The position numbers and the translations under genes are program-made. A stretch of 63,558 bases of DNA, the filler included, from Actinomycetota bacterium (GTDB lineage Bacteria > Actinomycetota > Acidimicrobiia > IMCC26256 > VFJJ01), in the NCBI GenBank assembly GCA_009886115.1. It is 6 parts of 6 records of this genome, joined end to end, with 100 filler letters (N's around TTAATTAATTAA, not from the genome) between each part and the next. Parts side by side here need not be neighbours in the genome. Positions count along the whole stretch, not along the records: positions 1 to 22,071 come from VFJJ01000175.1; 5 more parts are not named here. One strand, given 5' to 3'. Below the pieces are notes generated by a model, which searched no databases, was not told the origin of the DNA, and saw only the letters and a program-made list of their open reading frames with translations. Positions 1 through 9,348 of the stretch are shown here, one piece after another. Position 1 is the first letter of the stretch. Every line of letters starts with the position of its first letter.

Positions 1-210
1 CGGCGCGGAAGCAGCGGCAGCGGCGGCAGCGGCAGCGAAGCGTCGGGCGCGTCGCAAGCCTCGGATGCGCACGCAGCGCGTGAGCATCACGAACCTCGGG
101 ATTGGACGGCTCTGGGCGTGGAGGACCAGACCCTGGCCAAGGCAGACCGGATGTCGAAGCCGGCCCTCAGGGCGCGCGACCCCGCGCCCCAGCGAATCCC
201 ACGCTGACCG

Positions 211-1131
211 TCAGTGCACGATGTGAGCCAACACCCGGTCCTGGTATTCACCCACGAGACGCCGCACGTCATCGATGCCCGGCCCGGCCGCCTCGTCAGC
301 GCTGATGATCAGCCGTGTGGCACCCGCGTCCACGTAGGCCTGGGCGAGGACGACATCGAAGGTGGCACCCCAACGCCACGATGTCGGCCATGCGGTCAGT
401 TCGATCAGGGACGGATCACGCCCCGCTGCTCGGGCAACGGCGTGCATCTCGGTGACGCCGAGGCCGAAGTCGTCGGGCGAGATCACATAGGGGAGCCAAC
501 CGTCGCCCCGAGCCCCGGCCCGGCGTGCCGCTGCCATCGACGAACCACCGACGACGATGGGGACACCGTTCTCGTGCACCGGCTTGGGCTCGCTGCGAAG
601 ACCCGAGAACTGCACGTACCGACCCTGGAAGGAAGCCACGTCGGAGCCCCACAAGGCTCGCAGCACATCGATGTACTCGTCGAGGCGCCGTCCCCGATCG
701 GCGTACGGCACGTTGAGCGCCGCGTACTCCTCCTTCTGCCAGCCGATCCCGACCCCGAGCATCGTGCGGCCGCCCGACAGCGCATCGAGGGTCGCGACCC
801 GCTTGGCCATCGTGACGGGGCTGTGTTGGGTCAACACCACCACGGCAGTCCCCAGACGCAACGACGAGCTGCACGCCGCCACGAACGCCAGCCATTCCAA
901 GGGATCCGGCATGACCGTGTCGGGATGGTCGCCCATCCGCCCACTTTCGGAGTACGGGTACAGGGGCTCGTAGTCGACGGCGACGACCACGTGCTCGACA
1001 CCCCAGACCGACTCGACGCCCGATGCCTCGATCGCTTCCACGAACTCCCTGACCCACGCCGGGTCGGTGATGCACTGCCGCTTGAATCGGGGAAGCATCC
1101 CGATCGCGATCGGCCCGTCGCTGTTCGCCAT
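211..1131 (-). CDS. LLM-class F420-dependent oxidoreductase
   Basis: Motifs ESVWGVEHVV, PDPLEWLAFVAA, LRLGTAVVVL, LSGGRTMLGVGIGW, PIVVGGSS..AARRAGARGDGW; start trimmed to ATG at 1131 (MANSDG). Confidence 0.9.
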   Translation of the reverse strand: MANSDGPIAIGMLPRFKRQCITDPAWVREFVEAIEASGVESVWGVEHVVVAVDYEPLYPYSESGRMGDHPDTVMPDPLEWLAFVAACSSSLRLGTAVVVLTQHSPVTMAKRVATLDALSGGRTMLGVGIGWQKEEYAALNVPYADRGRRLDEYIDVLRALWGSDVASFQGRYVQFSGLRSEPKPVHENGVPIVVGGSSMAAARRAGARGDGWLPYVISPDDFGLGVTEMHAVARAAGRDPSLIELTAWPTSWRWGATFDVVLAQAYVDAGATRLIISADEAAGPGIDDVRRLVGEYQDRVLAHIVH

Positions 1132-1262
1132 GCCCCATCGTGGCGCGCGGCACACATGGAAAGCCACCGCTGCACGCAGGGCAGCCGAGCGGGACGCTTG
1201 ACACCGACGAGAACGAGGACCGACGATGGCCGTCCGCGGCAACGGTTCCAGGGGGATGGTCG

Positions 1263-2222
1263 GTGGTCAACGCAACAGCGCTCGGCGAACGCCTCCCCCC
1301 GTTCATCCGCGTGACCGACTTCGCCAACTGGAACCGGTACGCGGCAGTGAACGACGAGTTCATCGATGTGCACATGAGCGCCGACGCAGCCCGGGCCGCC
1401 GGTCAGCCCGATGTCTTCGGAATGGGCAACCTGCGCATCGCCTACGTCCACGCCATGCTCCACAGCTGGCTCGATGGACGAGGCGACATCAGCTCGTTCA
1501 GCTGTCAGTTCCGGGGCCTCAACTTCCGGGGCGATGTCCTGAGCGCCCATGCGACGACGACGACGGTCACCCCGGCGCCCGAGCCCCTCGCCGGCGCCAC
1601 CCTGGTCGACCTCGAGCTCGGTGTGACCAACGGCAGCGGCGTCGAGACGATGCCCGGTTCCGCCCAGGTCATCCTGTTCGGCGACGCGCCGGCACAGATG
1701 CCGACACCGCCATCGCAGCCGTCCATCCCCGCGCCGAGCCCGGGCGAGTACCTCGACGACGTCACGATCTCGTGGCTCGGGCGTCCGCTGGCTCCGCTGC
1801 GGTCGCTGCCCGTCGACGCCAACGACATCCGGCGTTGGGCCCTGGCGGCCTGGTACCCCGAACCTCCTCCCCCCGATCTCGTCGACGACGACATCGCTCG
1901 AACAACACCCTGGCGCGGGCTCGTCGCCCCCCGCGACTTCAATCCCTACGCCTGGAACCCCGACCACCGGCCGGATGCCTATCCCTGGATGCGCGGGATG
2001 GGGACCGAGCCGGGCCGGCGAGGCCTCAACGGGGGGCAGCGTTGCTGGCATGGAGCGCCCATCCGCGTCGGCGACACCATCACCTGCGTGGTCACCTTGA
2101 TCGACGCCTACGAGAAACCCGGCAAGCTCGGCACGATGCTGTTCCTCGTCGACGAGTCCCGGTGGACGAATCAGCATGGGACGACCGTGCGCGTCGGCCA
2201 ACGCACATCGATCTACCACTGA
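1263..2222 (+). CDS. Fused double hot-dog MaoC/HadAB-like (R)-hydratase
   Basis: N-domain YAAVNDEFIDVHMSADAARAAGQPDVFGMG (MaoC hydratase motif); C-domain VDANDIRRWA...GLNGGQ...PIRVGDTIT (FAS1-like/HadA); start uncertain (1140-1263). Confidence 0.75.
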   Translation: MVNATALGERLPPFIRVTDFANWNRYAAVNDEFIDVHMSADAARAAGQPDVFGMGNLRIAYVHAMLHSWLDGRGDISSFSCQFRGLNFRGDVLSAHATTTTVTPAPEPLAGATLVDLELGVTNGSGVETMPGSAQVILFGDAPAQMPTPPSQPSIPAPSPGEYLDDVTISWLGRPLAPLRSLPVDANDIRRWALAAWYPEPPPPDLVDDDIARTTPWRGLVAPRDFNPYAWNPDHRPDAYPWMRGMGTEPGRRGLNGGQRCWHGAPIRVGDTITCVVTLIDAYEKPGKLGTMLFLVDESRWTNQHGTTVRVGQRTSIYH

Positions 2223-2242
2223 CCGGAATCGGCGGACCGCCC

Positions 2243-3130
2243 ATGCACGAGCAGCGATCACGTCCTGTCGACCTCGGTGCCGCGATCTTCGCCCTTCACG
2301 ATCCGCTGCGGGGCCACGAGGTCGCATTCCACCGTTACTACGAGCGCGATCACATGTATGCGGCTGCGATCATGGCGCCGTGGACCATTGCCGGTCAGCG
2401 TTTCATCGCGACCCACGATCTCAAGGCTCTTCGCTACCCGAGCAGCGGGCCCTTCGGACCGGCAACAGCCGGATCGTTCCTGACGGCCTACTGGATCCAG
2501 GACGGCCGCCTCGCCGACCAGCAGAGCTGGGTCGCCGAGCAGATGCTCGAGCTCAACGCTGGGGGGCGCACGTTCTCCGAGCGCACCGTGCAGACCGCCA
2601 CGGCGTACGACCTCGTCGGGACGTGGGAACGCGACGTCGACGGCGTGCCCCCGTGGTTGGCCCTCGACCACCGCTACCCGGGGCTCGTCTGGCTCGTCGT
2701 CGAACGGACACCGGCGACGCCCCTCGAGGATCTCGCCGAGGGGCTGTGCGACGGCGTGTTCCCCGATGAGTTCGGGGCCAACAGCTCGCCCGTCGCCATG
2801 GCGGTGCTCTTCACCCCGCGCCCCAAGGAGCCGTGGTGGCCGCCCGCTGCGCCCGACGTCCCCGGGGTCGGTGAGCGGATCATGGTGGCGCTGTTCCTCG
2901 AGGACGACCCCCGAACCGCATGGGACGTGTACTTCGACGGGCTCGGAGCCTCCATCGAAAGGCGCGGGCACGGGCGGGCACTCCTCGTCGCACCGTTCAT
3001 TCCGACCGTCCCCGGCACCGACCGCCACCTCGACCAGCTCTGGCCCACCGACCCGCCAGCCCAGGCACACCAGGCAGACCAGGCAGACCAGGCACACCAG
3101 GCACACCAGACACAGCAGACACAGCAGTAG
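2243..3130 (+). CDS. Conserved hypothetical protein (EthD-like AFHRYYERDH motif)
   Basis: ATG at 2243, 20 nt after the upstream stop; coding-like composition; low-complexity Gln-rich tail. Confidence 0.65.
   Translation: MHEQRSRPVDLGAAIFALHDPLRGHEVAFHRYYERDHMYAAAIMAPWTIAGQRFIATHDLKALRYPSSGPFGPATAGSFLTAYWIQDGRLADQQSWVAEQMLELNAGGRTFSERTVQTATAYDLVGTWERDVDGVPPWLALDHRYPGLVWLVVERTPATPLEDLAEGLCDGVFPDEFGANSSPVAMAVLFTPRPKEPWWPPAAPDVPGVGERIMVALFLEDDPRTAWDVYFDGLGASIERRGHGRALLVAPFIPTVPGTDRHLDQLWPTDPPAQAHQADQADQAHQAHQTQQTQQ
3062..3127 (+). repeat. 9-bp tandem repeat CAG(G/A)CA(C/G)A(C/G) x7 encoding a QAH/QAD/QTQ tail
   Basis: caggcacac caggcagac caggcagac caggcacac caggcacac cagacacag cagacacag. Confidence 0.9.
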
Positions 3131-3156
3131 ACACACACCGACACGAGGGGGAGGCC

Positions 3157-4074
3157 ATGGAGCTTCGGGGACTGGGATACGTCGGCATCGGGAGTCGGGA
3201 GCCCGAAGCATGGAGGCACCTCGGCGTCGACATCATGGGACTGATGCCCGGAGACGGTCCGCCAACCGCCGAGCCTGGTCCGCTGTGGTTCCGGATGGAC
3301 GAGCGCTGCTGGCGAGTTGCGGTGCATCCCGGCGAGGCGGACGCCTTCATGTATGCGGGATGGGAGCTCCCCAACCGCGGGGCGTTCGAGGCCGGTGTCG
3401 ATGAGCTCCAGCGCTGCGGGGTCAAGGTCCGCCGTGGATCCGAGGCTCTGCGTGCCACCCGCGGCGTGGCCGACGTGGCCCAGTTCGACGACCCCTTCGA
3501 CAACCACCACGAGATCTTCTACGGCGCCATGATCGACGAGACGCCGTTCGCCGCGCCTCATGCCGGGGGCGGGTTCGTCACCGACGGGGTGGGGATGGGC
3601 CATGCCCTGTATGTCGTGCCGTCGTCGAGCGACGCTCTCGACTTCTTTGTTCGCATCATGGGTTTCCGGGTCACCGACGAGTTCGCGTGGGGGCCGTTCG
3701 GTGCGGTGTTCCTTCACGCCACGCCACGCCACCACAGCATCGCTTGGATCGACCTTCCTCTCCCGGGCGGGCCCGGCCTCAACCACGTGATGATCGAAGC
3801 GGCGTCGCTCGCCGATGTCGGTCGGGCCTACGACCGCGCCATCGACGCCAAGGTCCCGATCGTCAACTCACTGGGCCAACACAGCAACGACCCGATGCTC
3901 TCGTTCTATGTCGGCGCACCCGGGGGCTTCAACGTCGAGCTGGGCTGGAACGGACTCATGATCGACGAACGCACATGGAACGTCCGGACCTACACCGGGC
4001 GCGGCGAGCTCTGGGGCCACCGCGGCGACTTCATGGACTCGATCGCCGAGGCCAAGGACCCCGCGGCTCCCTGA
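3157..4074 (+). CDS. Type I extradiol ring-cleavage dioxygenase (BphC/HsaC-like, VOC fold)
   Basis: MELRGLGYVGI start with GGAGG RBS; Fe(II) ligands in GMGHAL, GLNHVMIE, NVELG; LGQHSNDPMLSFYV motif. Confidence 0.9.
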   Translation: MELRGLGYVGIGSREPEAWRHLGVDIMGLMPGDGPPTAEPGPLWFRMDERCWRVAVHPGEADAFMYAGWELPNRGAFEAGVDELQRCGVKVRRGSEALRATRGVADVAQFDDPFDNHHEIFYGAMIDETPFAAPHAGGGFVTDGVGMGHALYVVPSSSDALDFFVRIMGFRVTDEFAWGPFGAVFLHATPRHHSIAWIDLPLPGGPGLNHVMIEAASLADVGRAYDRAIDAKVPIVNSLGQHSNDPMLSFYVGAPGGFNVELGWNGLMIDERTWNVRTYTGRGELWGHRGDFMDSIAEAKDPAAP

Positions 4075-4183
4075 TTCCTTGCGAGCCGAGCCGCACGCCG
4101 CACGCCGAGCGCCCGGGCCACGCTCACCACGCTCACCACGGCCGCGACGAACACCATGCACACCAAGAACTACGGAGGACGCG

Positions 4184-5185
4184 GTGCACGTCTGCATCAT
4201 CGGAGCCGGGGGCCTGGGGCTGGTCGTCGGCGCCTGCCTCGCCGAGTCGGGCGTCGATGTGAGCCTCGTCGCCCGTCCCCGTCACGTCGAGGCCGTCCGG
4301 TCGCGAGGCCTCGTCGTGACCGGCATCCGGGGTGACCGGACGGTCCGTGACCGCCTCGTGGCCGTCGCCGATCCTTCCGAGATCGAGGGATCGGTCGACG
4401 TGCTCGTGCTCGCCACCAAGACCCGCGACACCGATGCGGCCCTGCTCGCCGCCCACTCGCTCCGCCACCGAACCGCGAACGCGCTCTCCCTCCAGAACTC
4501 GGTGACCAAGGACGAGAAGCTCGCAGCCTGGATCGGCGACGACCGGGTGGTGGGTGCCAGCACCACCGAGGCGGGGACGGTCACCGGCGACGGCGAGGTC
4601 CGCCACGTGGCGACCGCCCCCACCTCGACCTACGTGGGAGACCTGAGCCCCTCTCCGACGGTCTCGACGCGCGTGCAGGAGATCGCCGCCATGCTCAGCG
4701 CGGCCGGCATCGCCACGAGGACGACGACGCAGATCACCGCGGTCGAGTGGGAGAAGCTCCTCCAGATCGCTCTTGTCGCCGGGTTCTCGGCCTCCACCCT
4801 GGGATTTCGGCCCGGAGCCGCGTTCGCCCATGGCATCGCAACGAGGCCCGGCGCAGAGCACTACGTGACCATGGCCAACGAGCTCCTCGCCGTATACCGC
4901 GCCCTGGGCCACCAGGTGCACGACTGGTTCGCTCCCTACTCGCGCTTCGCCGAGATCGAGGCCGCGTCGTTCGCTGACGCGGTCGAGGCTGTCATGACCC
5001 AGGGCGCCACGATGATCGCCGATGGGATACTCGGCCGGCCGTCACTGCACGAAGACCTCGTGCACGGGCGCCCGACGGAGCTCGACGAGAGCCTCGGTGT
5101 CTTCCTCGAAGCGGCCGATCGCCTGTGCGTGCCCGTCCCCACGGTGCGCGGTGCGTGGCGCGTCATCCGCGCGAACGGAGGGTGA
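4184..5185 (+). CDS. Ketopantoate reductase (PanE/ApbA) family oxidoreductase
   Basis: IIGAGGLG Rossmann motif, LATKT, SLQN, EWEKL, RPSLHEDLVHGRPTELD; GGAGG RBS upstream of GTG. Confidence 0.85.
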   Translation: MHVCIIGAGGLGLVVGACLAESGVDVSLVARPRHVEAVRSRGLVVTGIRGDRTVRDRLVAVADPSEIEGSVDVLVLATKTRDTDAALLAAHSLRHRTANALSLQNSVTKDEKLAAWIGDDRVVGASTTEAGTVTGDGEVRHVATAPTSTYVGDLSPSPTVSTRVQEIAAMLSAAGIATRTTTQITAVEWEKLLQIALVAGFSASTLGFRPGAAFAHGIATRPGAEHYVTMANELLAVYRALGHQVHDWFAPYSRFAEIEAASFADAVEAVMTQGATMIADGILGRPSLHEDLVHGRPTELDESLGVFLEAADRLCVPVPTVRGAWRVIRANGG

Positions 5186-5188
5186 GCG

Positions 5189-5953
5189 ATGGACGGTTCG
5201 ACATGGCGGCCCCGGGTCGGCGCTCTGCTGCCGGCGATGACTCCCGAGATGGACGTCGTCCTTCTCTGTCGGACCCTCTGGCACGAAGGTTTCGATGATC
5301 ACCTCGGGGGTCATGTCACCATCCGTCAGCCGAACGGGTCGCTGCTCACCAACCCCTGGCCCCTGCTGTGGGACGAGTTCGGGCCCGACGACGTCGTGAC
5401 GATCGACGGAGAGGGCACGGTGCTGAGCGGGCGCTGGCCGCCAGCCCCCGGGGTGCTCCTGCACTTGGCGCTGCACCGGGCCCGGCCCGGGGTCAACGTC
5501 GCGATCCACCACCATCCCCGGTTCGCGACGTTGTGGGCCAACGCCCAACGGCTACCGCCGATCCTCGACCAGACCTCCGGCCTCGGCGGAGGCTCGGTGG
5601 CGATCATCCGCGAGTACCGGGGAACGGTCGCCGCCGCCGAGGCCGCCCAAATGGCGATCGCCGACATGGGCGACGCCGACATCGCGCTCCTCGCGGGTCA
5701 CGGTCTGTTCGTGCTCGGCGACGACCTCGCCCAGGCCCACCTGCGGGCAGTGTGCTTCGAGCACCGTTGCCGACAGGCGTTCCAGGTGGAGGCCCTCGGC
5801 GGCGGCCCCGCCCTCGACGAGGACGTCGCTGCCGTACTCGGCGCCGCTGCGTTCGACGGCTTCTGGGAGGCCATGGCCCGAAAGGAGCTCCGACGCGACC
5901 CGACGCTCCTCGAGGGACTCACCGGACTGGGCCCACCGACGACGACGACCTGA
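5189..5953 (+). CDS. Class II aldolase/adducin family protein
   Basis: GHVTIR, LHLALHRARP, AIHHHP and LLAGHG metal-binding motifs. Confidence 0.85.
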   Translation: MDGSTWRPRVGALLPAMTPEMDVVLLCRTLWHEGFDDHLGGHVTIRQPNGSLLTNPWPLLWDEFGPDDVVTIDGEGTVLSGRWPPAPGVLLHLALHRARPGVNVAIHHHPRFATLWANAQRLPPILDQTSGLGGGSVAIIREYRGTVAAAEAAQMAIADMGDADIALLAGHGLFVLGDDLAQAHLRAVCFEHRCRQAFQVEALGGGPALDEDVAAVLGAAAFDGFWEAMARKELRRDPTLLEGLTGLGPPTTTT

Positions 5954-8222
5954 TCGCCCGCCAGATCCGTTCGGGCGACAGCGGCGGCTCGAGGTGACGG
6001 ACACCGAGGTGCGCCACGGCATCGCAGACCGCGTTATGGACCGCCGCGGCCGCACCGATCGTCCCTGACTCGCCAATTCCCTTGGCGCCCAAGGGGTTGC
6101 CCGGTGTTGGTGTCTCGGATCGCACCAGCTCGAAGAGGGGCAGCTCGGCCGCGGACGGGACGAGGTAGTCGGCCAGCGTCGTGGTCAACGGCGTGCCGTC
6201 GGACGAGTACACGAACTCCTCGAAGAGCATCTCGCCGATGCCCTGAGCGATCCCACCGTGGACCTGGCCCTCGAACAGCGCCGGGTGCAGCACGCGACCC
6301 GCGTCGTCAGCCGCGATGACCCGACGCACGCGGACCTCGCCCGTCTCCGTGTCGACCTCCACGACGACGACATGGGCGCCGAACGGGAACGTCATGGCGC
6401 CATTGAACATCCTCGTCTCGGCGATCATCCCGGCGGGCGTCCCGCCGAGCGACCGCGGGTCGGACTCCGCGGACGCAGCGGACGCAGCGGGAGCCGCGGC
6501 GACCGCCGCCCACCCGAGAAACCGGGCTGGCGTCCCCCGAACGGTGAAGCCGTGACGCGTCGGATCGAGCACGACGTCGTCGACCGCAGCCTCGAACAGC
6601 TGCGCAGCGAGAAGGCGCCCCCGTTCGAGCACCGCAGCCGAGGCACTCCAGACGGCCGAGCCGGCGATCTGCACCGAGCGCGACGCGAACGTGCCCAACC
6701 CGGCAGGGACGAGATCGGTGTCGCCGGTCACCACCGAGATCGTTGCCGGGTCGAGACCCAGCACCCGAGCCGCAATCAGCGCCCAGGTGCTGTGATGACC
6801 TTGGCCGTGCGGCGAGGAGCCCGATCGCACCTCGGCCCGACCGTCGACCCGGATGCCGACCGTGGCGAACTCCATGCCGGGCCCCGCGGCCGTCGACTCG
6901 ACGTAGACGGCCACGCCGATCCCGAGCTGCAGCCGGTCGACGGGGTTGCTGCGGCGGCGTTGCTGCTCGACCCGCAGCCCGGTGTAGTCGGCCGCTTCGA
7001 CGGCGGCGTCGAGCGCTCGCCGGTAGTCACCCGTGTCGTAGACGGTGCCGACCGCCGACGTATAGGGGAACGACGCAGCCCCCACGAGGTTCCGGCGCCG
7101 GAGCTCGACCGGGTCCATGCCGATCTCGTTGGCAAAAACGTCGACGGCGCGCTCGAGGGCACCCGTCGCTTCCGGCCGGCCCGTTCCTCGGTAGGCACCG
7201 ACGGGCACCGTGCTCGTGCGCACGGAGGTCGAAGATGCCACGGCACACGGGATGTCGTAGACGCCAGTTGTCATCCGGAGTGTCGCATCGGGCGCATAGG
7301 CCCCCAGATCGGCGTAGGCGCCACCATCCTGGTGCACGGTGAGGGAGTACGCCGCGAGGCGACCGGCCCGGTCGCCGCCGAGACGGGCGACCTGGCTCTG
7401 CGCCCGACCGTGGTGCAGGCTCAGCATCGACTCCTGCCGGGACTCCGTCCACCGCACGGCCCGACCGAGCCGACGAGCGAGCCAGGCGGCCACGATCTCC
7501 TCGGGGCACGCCCCGAACTTCGATCCGAAGGCTCCTCCGACCTCAGGGGCCACGACCCGCACCGCGTCGTCGTCGAGACCGAACACGGCCTGGAGCGTGC
7601 GCTTGACCCCGTGCGGCGCCTGGGTGCTGGTCCAGTGGTGCAACCGCCCATCGACCACGACAGAGGCCGAGCCCCGGCATTCGATGGGGCACGGCGCGAT
7701 CCTCGGGCGATTCGTGGCCACCTCGACCACCACGTCACACCCGTCGAACAGCTCGGGCGAGCCGGCAGGGGCAGCTTCTCCGACCGTGAGAACACGCATG
7801 ACGTCAGCATCGCCAGGGACAGGCACCGGGAGAGCAGCGATGTCGACGATCACGCGCTCGGCCGCGTCCTCGGCAGTCGCCGACGTGGCTGCGACCACGG
7901 CGGCGACTGCCTCGCCGACGTAGCGCACGGCGTCGGTCGCCAATGGCGGCACGCTGAATCTCGGATCGAAGATCGCCAGAACGGGCGGTAAGTGTCCGAT
8001 ATCGAGATCACCGGCCGACACCACCCCGACGACACCGTAAGCCGCTCGAGCCGCCCCGAGATCGATGCTCACGATGTTGCCCGACGCCACGGGTGAACGG
8101 ACGAAGACAACGTGCAGCGCATCGGCGAGCGACGGATCGTCGACATCGGCGACGAAGCGGCCCCGCCCGGTGACCAGCGCCGGATCCTCACGGCGCCATC
8201 CGGATCGGCCGAGGTCGTCCAC
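5919..8222 (-). CDS. Xanthine dehydrogenase family molybdopterin-binding large subunit (form II CoxL-like)
   Basis: RREDPALVTGRGRFVAD, VGGAFGSK, AYRGTGRPEA, HGQGH, GTFASRS, QVHGGIAQGIG, GAKGIGESG. Confidence 0.9.
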   Translation of the reverse strand: MDDLGRSGWRREDPALVTGRGRFVADVDDPSLADALHVVFVRSPVASGNIVSIDLGAARAAYGVVGVVSAGDLDIGHLPPVLAIFDPRFSVPPLATDAVRYVGEAVAAVVAATSATAEDAAERVIVDIAALPVPVPGDADVMRVLTVGEAAPAGSPELFDGCDVVVEVATNRPRIAPCPIECRGSASVVVDGRLHHWTSTQAPHGVKRTLQAVFGLDDDAVRVVAPEVGGAFGSKFGACPEEIVAAWLARRLGRAVRWTESRQESMLSLHHGRAQSQVARLGGDRAGRLAAYSLTVHQDGGAYADLGAYAPDATLRMTTGVYDIPCAVASSTSVRTSTVPVGAYRGTGRPEATGALERAVDVFANEIGMDPVELRRRNLVGAASFPYTSAVGTVYDTGDYRRALDAAVEAADYTGLRVEQQRRRSNPVDRLQLGIGVAVYVESTAAGPGMEFATVGIRVDGRAEVRSGSSPHGQGHHSTWALIAARVLGLDPATISVVTGDTDLVPAGLGTFASRSVQIAGSAVWSASAAVLERGRLLAAQLFEAAVDDVVLDPTRHGFTVRGTPARFLGWAAVAAAPAASAASAESDPRSLGGTPAGMIAETRMFNGAMTFPFGAHVVVVEVDTETGEVRVRRVIAADDAGRVLHPALFEGQVHGGIAQGIGEMLFEEFVYSSDGTPLTTTLADYLVPSAAELPLFELVRSETPTPGNPLGAKGIGESGTIGAAAAVHNAVCDAVAHLGVRHLEPPLSPERIWRAIRSSSSVGPVR

Positions 8223-8280
8223 AGCGCCGAGGCTAACCGGGCTCGTCGGGCCCCGTCGGCGATGACCATCAGCGGCATCA

Positions 8281-8360
8281 TCCCGGGCCACCCTTGGCCA
8301 CCCTTGGCGATCCCCGGCCATCCCCGGCCATCCCTGGCGGTCGCTGGTTACCGCTGGCTG
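8281..8360. repeat. Degenerate 10-bp tandem repeat x8 in a divergent intergenic region
   Basis: tcccgggcca cccttggcca cccttggcga tccccggcca tccccggcca tccctggcgg tcgctggtta ccgctggctg. Confidence 0.8.
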
Positions 8361-8439
8361 CGACACGAGCGCCACCGTCACTGGCGTCGATATCGTGAGG
8401 CGGACGCTCGGCTCCAGCGCCGACACCTCTGGGGGAAGC

Positions 8440-9348
8440 ATGGGCATGCACCTGCATCGGGTGGGGCTGAGCTCCCGTCCCGGCCGCCACACGTGGGCCC
8501 CGAGCGATTGTGGGCTCTACGCGGTGGCGGTCGGCGCCGGTCCCGCCGACGAGGCGTTCGTCCTCGACACGCCGGGCGGCCGCGACCAGCTGGTGTACCC
8601 GACCTTCGTCCTGTCAGGAGTGCTGGCCGCCGATGCCTCGACGTGGCCCGACCCGGCGATGGCGACCGGCGACTACGACCGCGACCAACTCGTTCTCGGC
8701 GAGCAGAGCCTCGAGCTCTTCGGACCCGTCCCCGCTCAGGGAGACGTCACGACCGTCACCACGATCGCCGCGATCTACGACAAGGGGTCGGGCGCACTCG
8801 TGGTGCTGGAGACCGACGCCACCGACAACCGATCGGGCCAACGCATGTTCAGGGCCGCGACCGGGATCTTCGTGATCGGCGCCGGCGGCTTCGGGGGCGC
8901 GCGAGGTCCGGCCGATGGTGGACCGCCGCCGATCCCCGACCGACCACCCGTCCTCGAGGTACACGTGACCACGTCACCGGTGCAGACCCTGCTGTACCGC
9001 TACGCCGGCAACGACCGCAACCCCATGCATTTCGACACCGAGACCGCCCACAAGGCCGGGTACCGCCAGCCGATCCTCATGGGCCAGAACACGATGGGGT
9101 TCGCGGCGCGCGCCATCGTGCACGAGCTCGGTGCTGGCGACCCCGCAGCGCTGCGGGCCATCTCCGGGCGTTTCGCTGGTGCGGGTTACAACGGCGACAC
9201 GCTGACCACCCAGCTGTGGCACGTCGACACCGGTCGGGTCACGGACCTCGGTACCACCGCCGTGCAGTTCCGCGTCGTCAACCAGGACGGCACGGTGCTC
9301 CTCGATCGGGGAGCGTGCATGCTTCGAGGCTCGGGGCCGCTCCGATGA
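8440..9348 (+). CDS. MaoC/MFE-2 type double hot-dog enoyl-CoA hydratase 2
   Basis: LYAVAVGA, LVLGEQSLEL, IYDKGSGAL, LLYRYAGNDRNPMHFD hydratase-2 motif. Confidence 0.85.
   Translation: MGMHLHRVGLSSRPGRHTWAPSDCGLYAVAVGAGPADEAFVLDTPGGRDQLVYPTFVLSGVLAADASTWPDPAMATGDYDRDQLVLGEQSLELFGPVPAQGDVTTVTTIAAIYDKGSGALVVLETDATDNRSGQRMFRAATGIFVIGAGGFGGARGPADGGPPPIPDRPPVLEVHVTTSPVQTLLYRYAGNDRNPMHFDTETAHKAGYRQPILMGQNTMGFAARAIVHELGAGDPAALRAISGRFAGAGYNGDTLTTQLWHVDTGRVTDLGTTAVQFRVVNQDGTVLLDRGACMLRGSGPLR

Noticed and set aside
1..90. Possible minus-strand gene start (MLTRCVRIRGLRRARRFAAAAAAAAASAP)
   Set aside because: Too short, low complexity and cut by the window edge; cannot be supported
5919..8222. True aerobic CO dehydrogenase (coxL form I)
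   Set aside because: Lacks the AYxCSFR motif and has no coxMS or accessory genes
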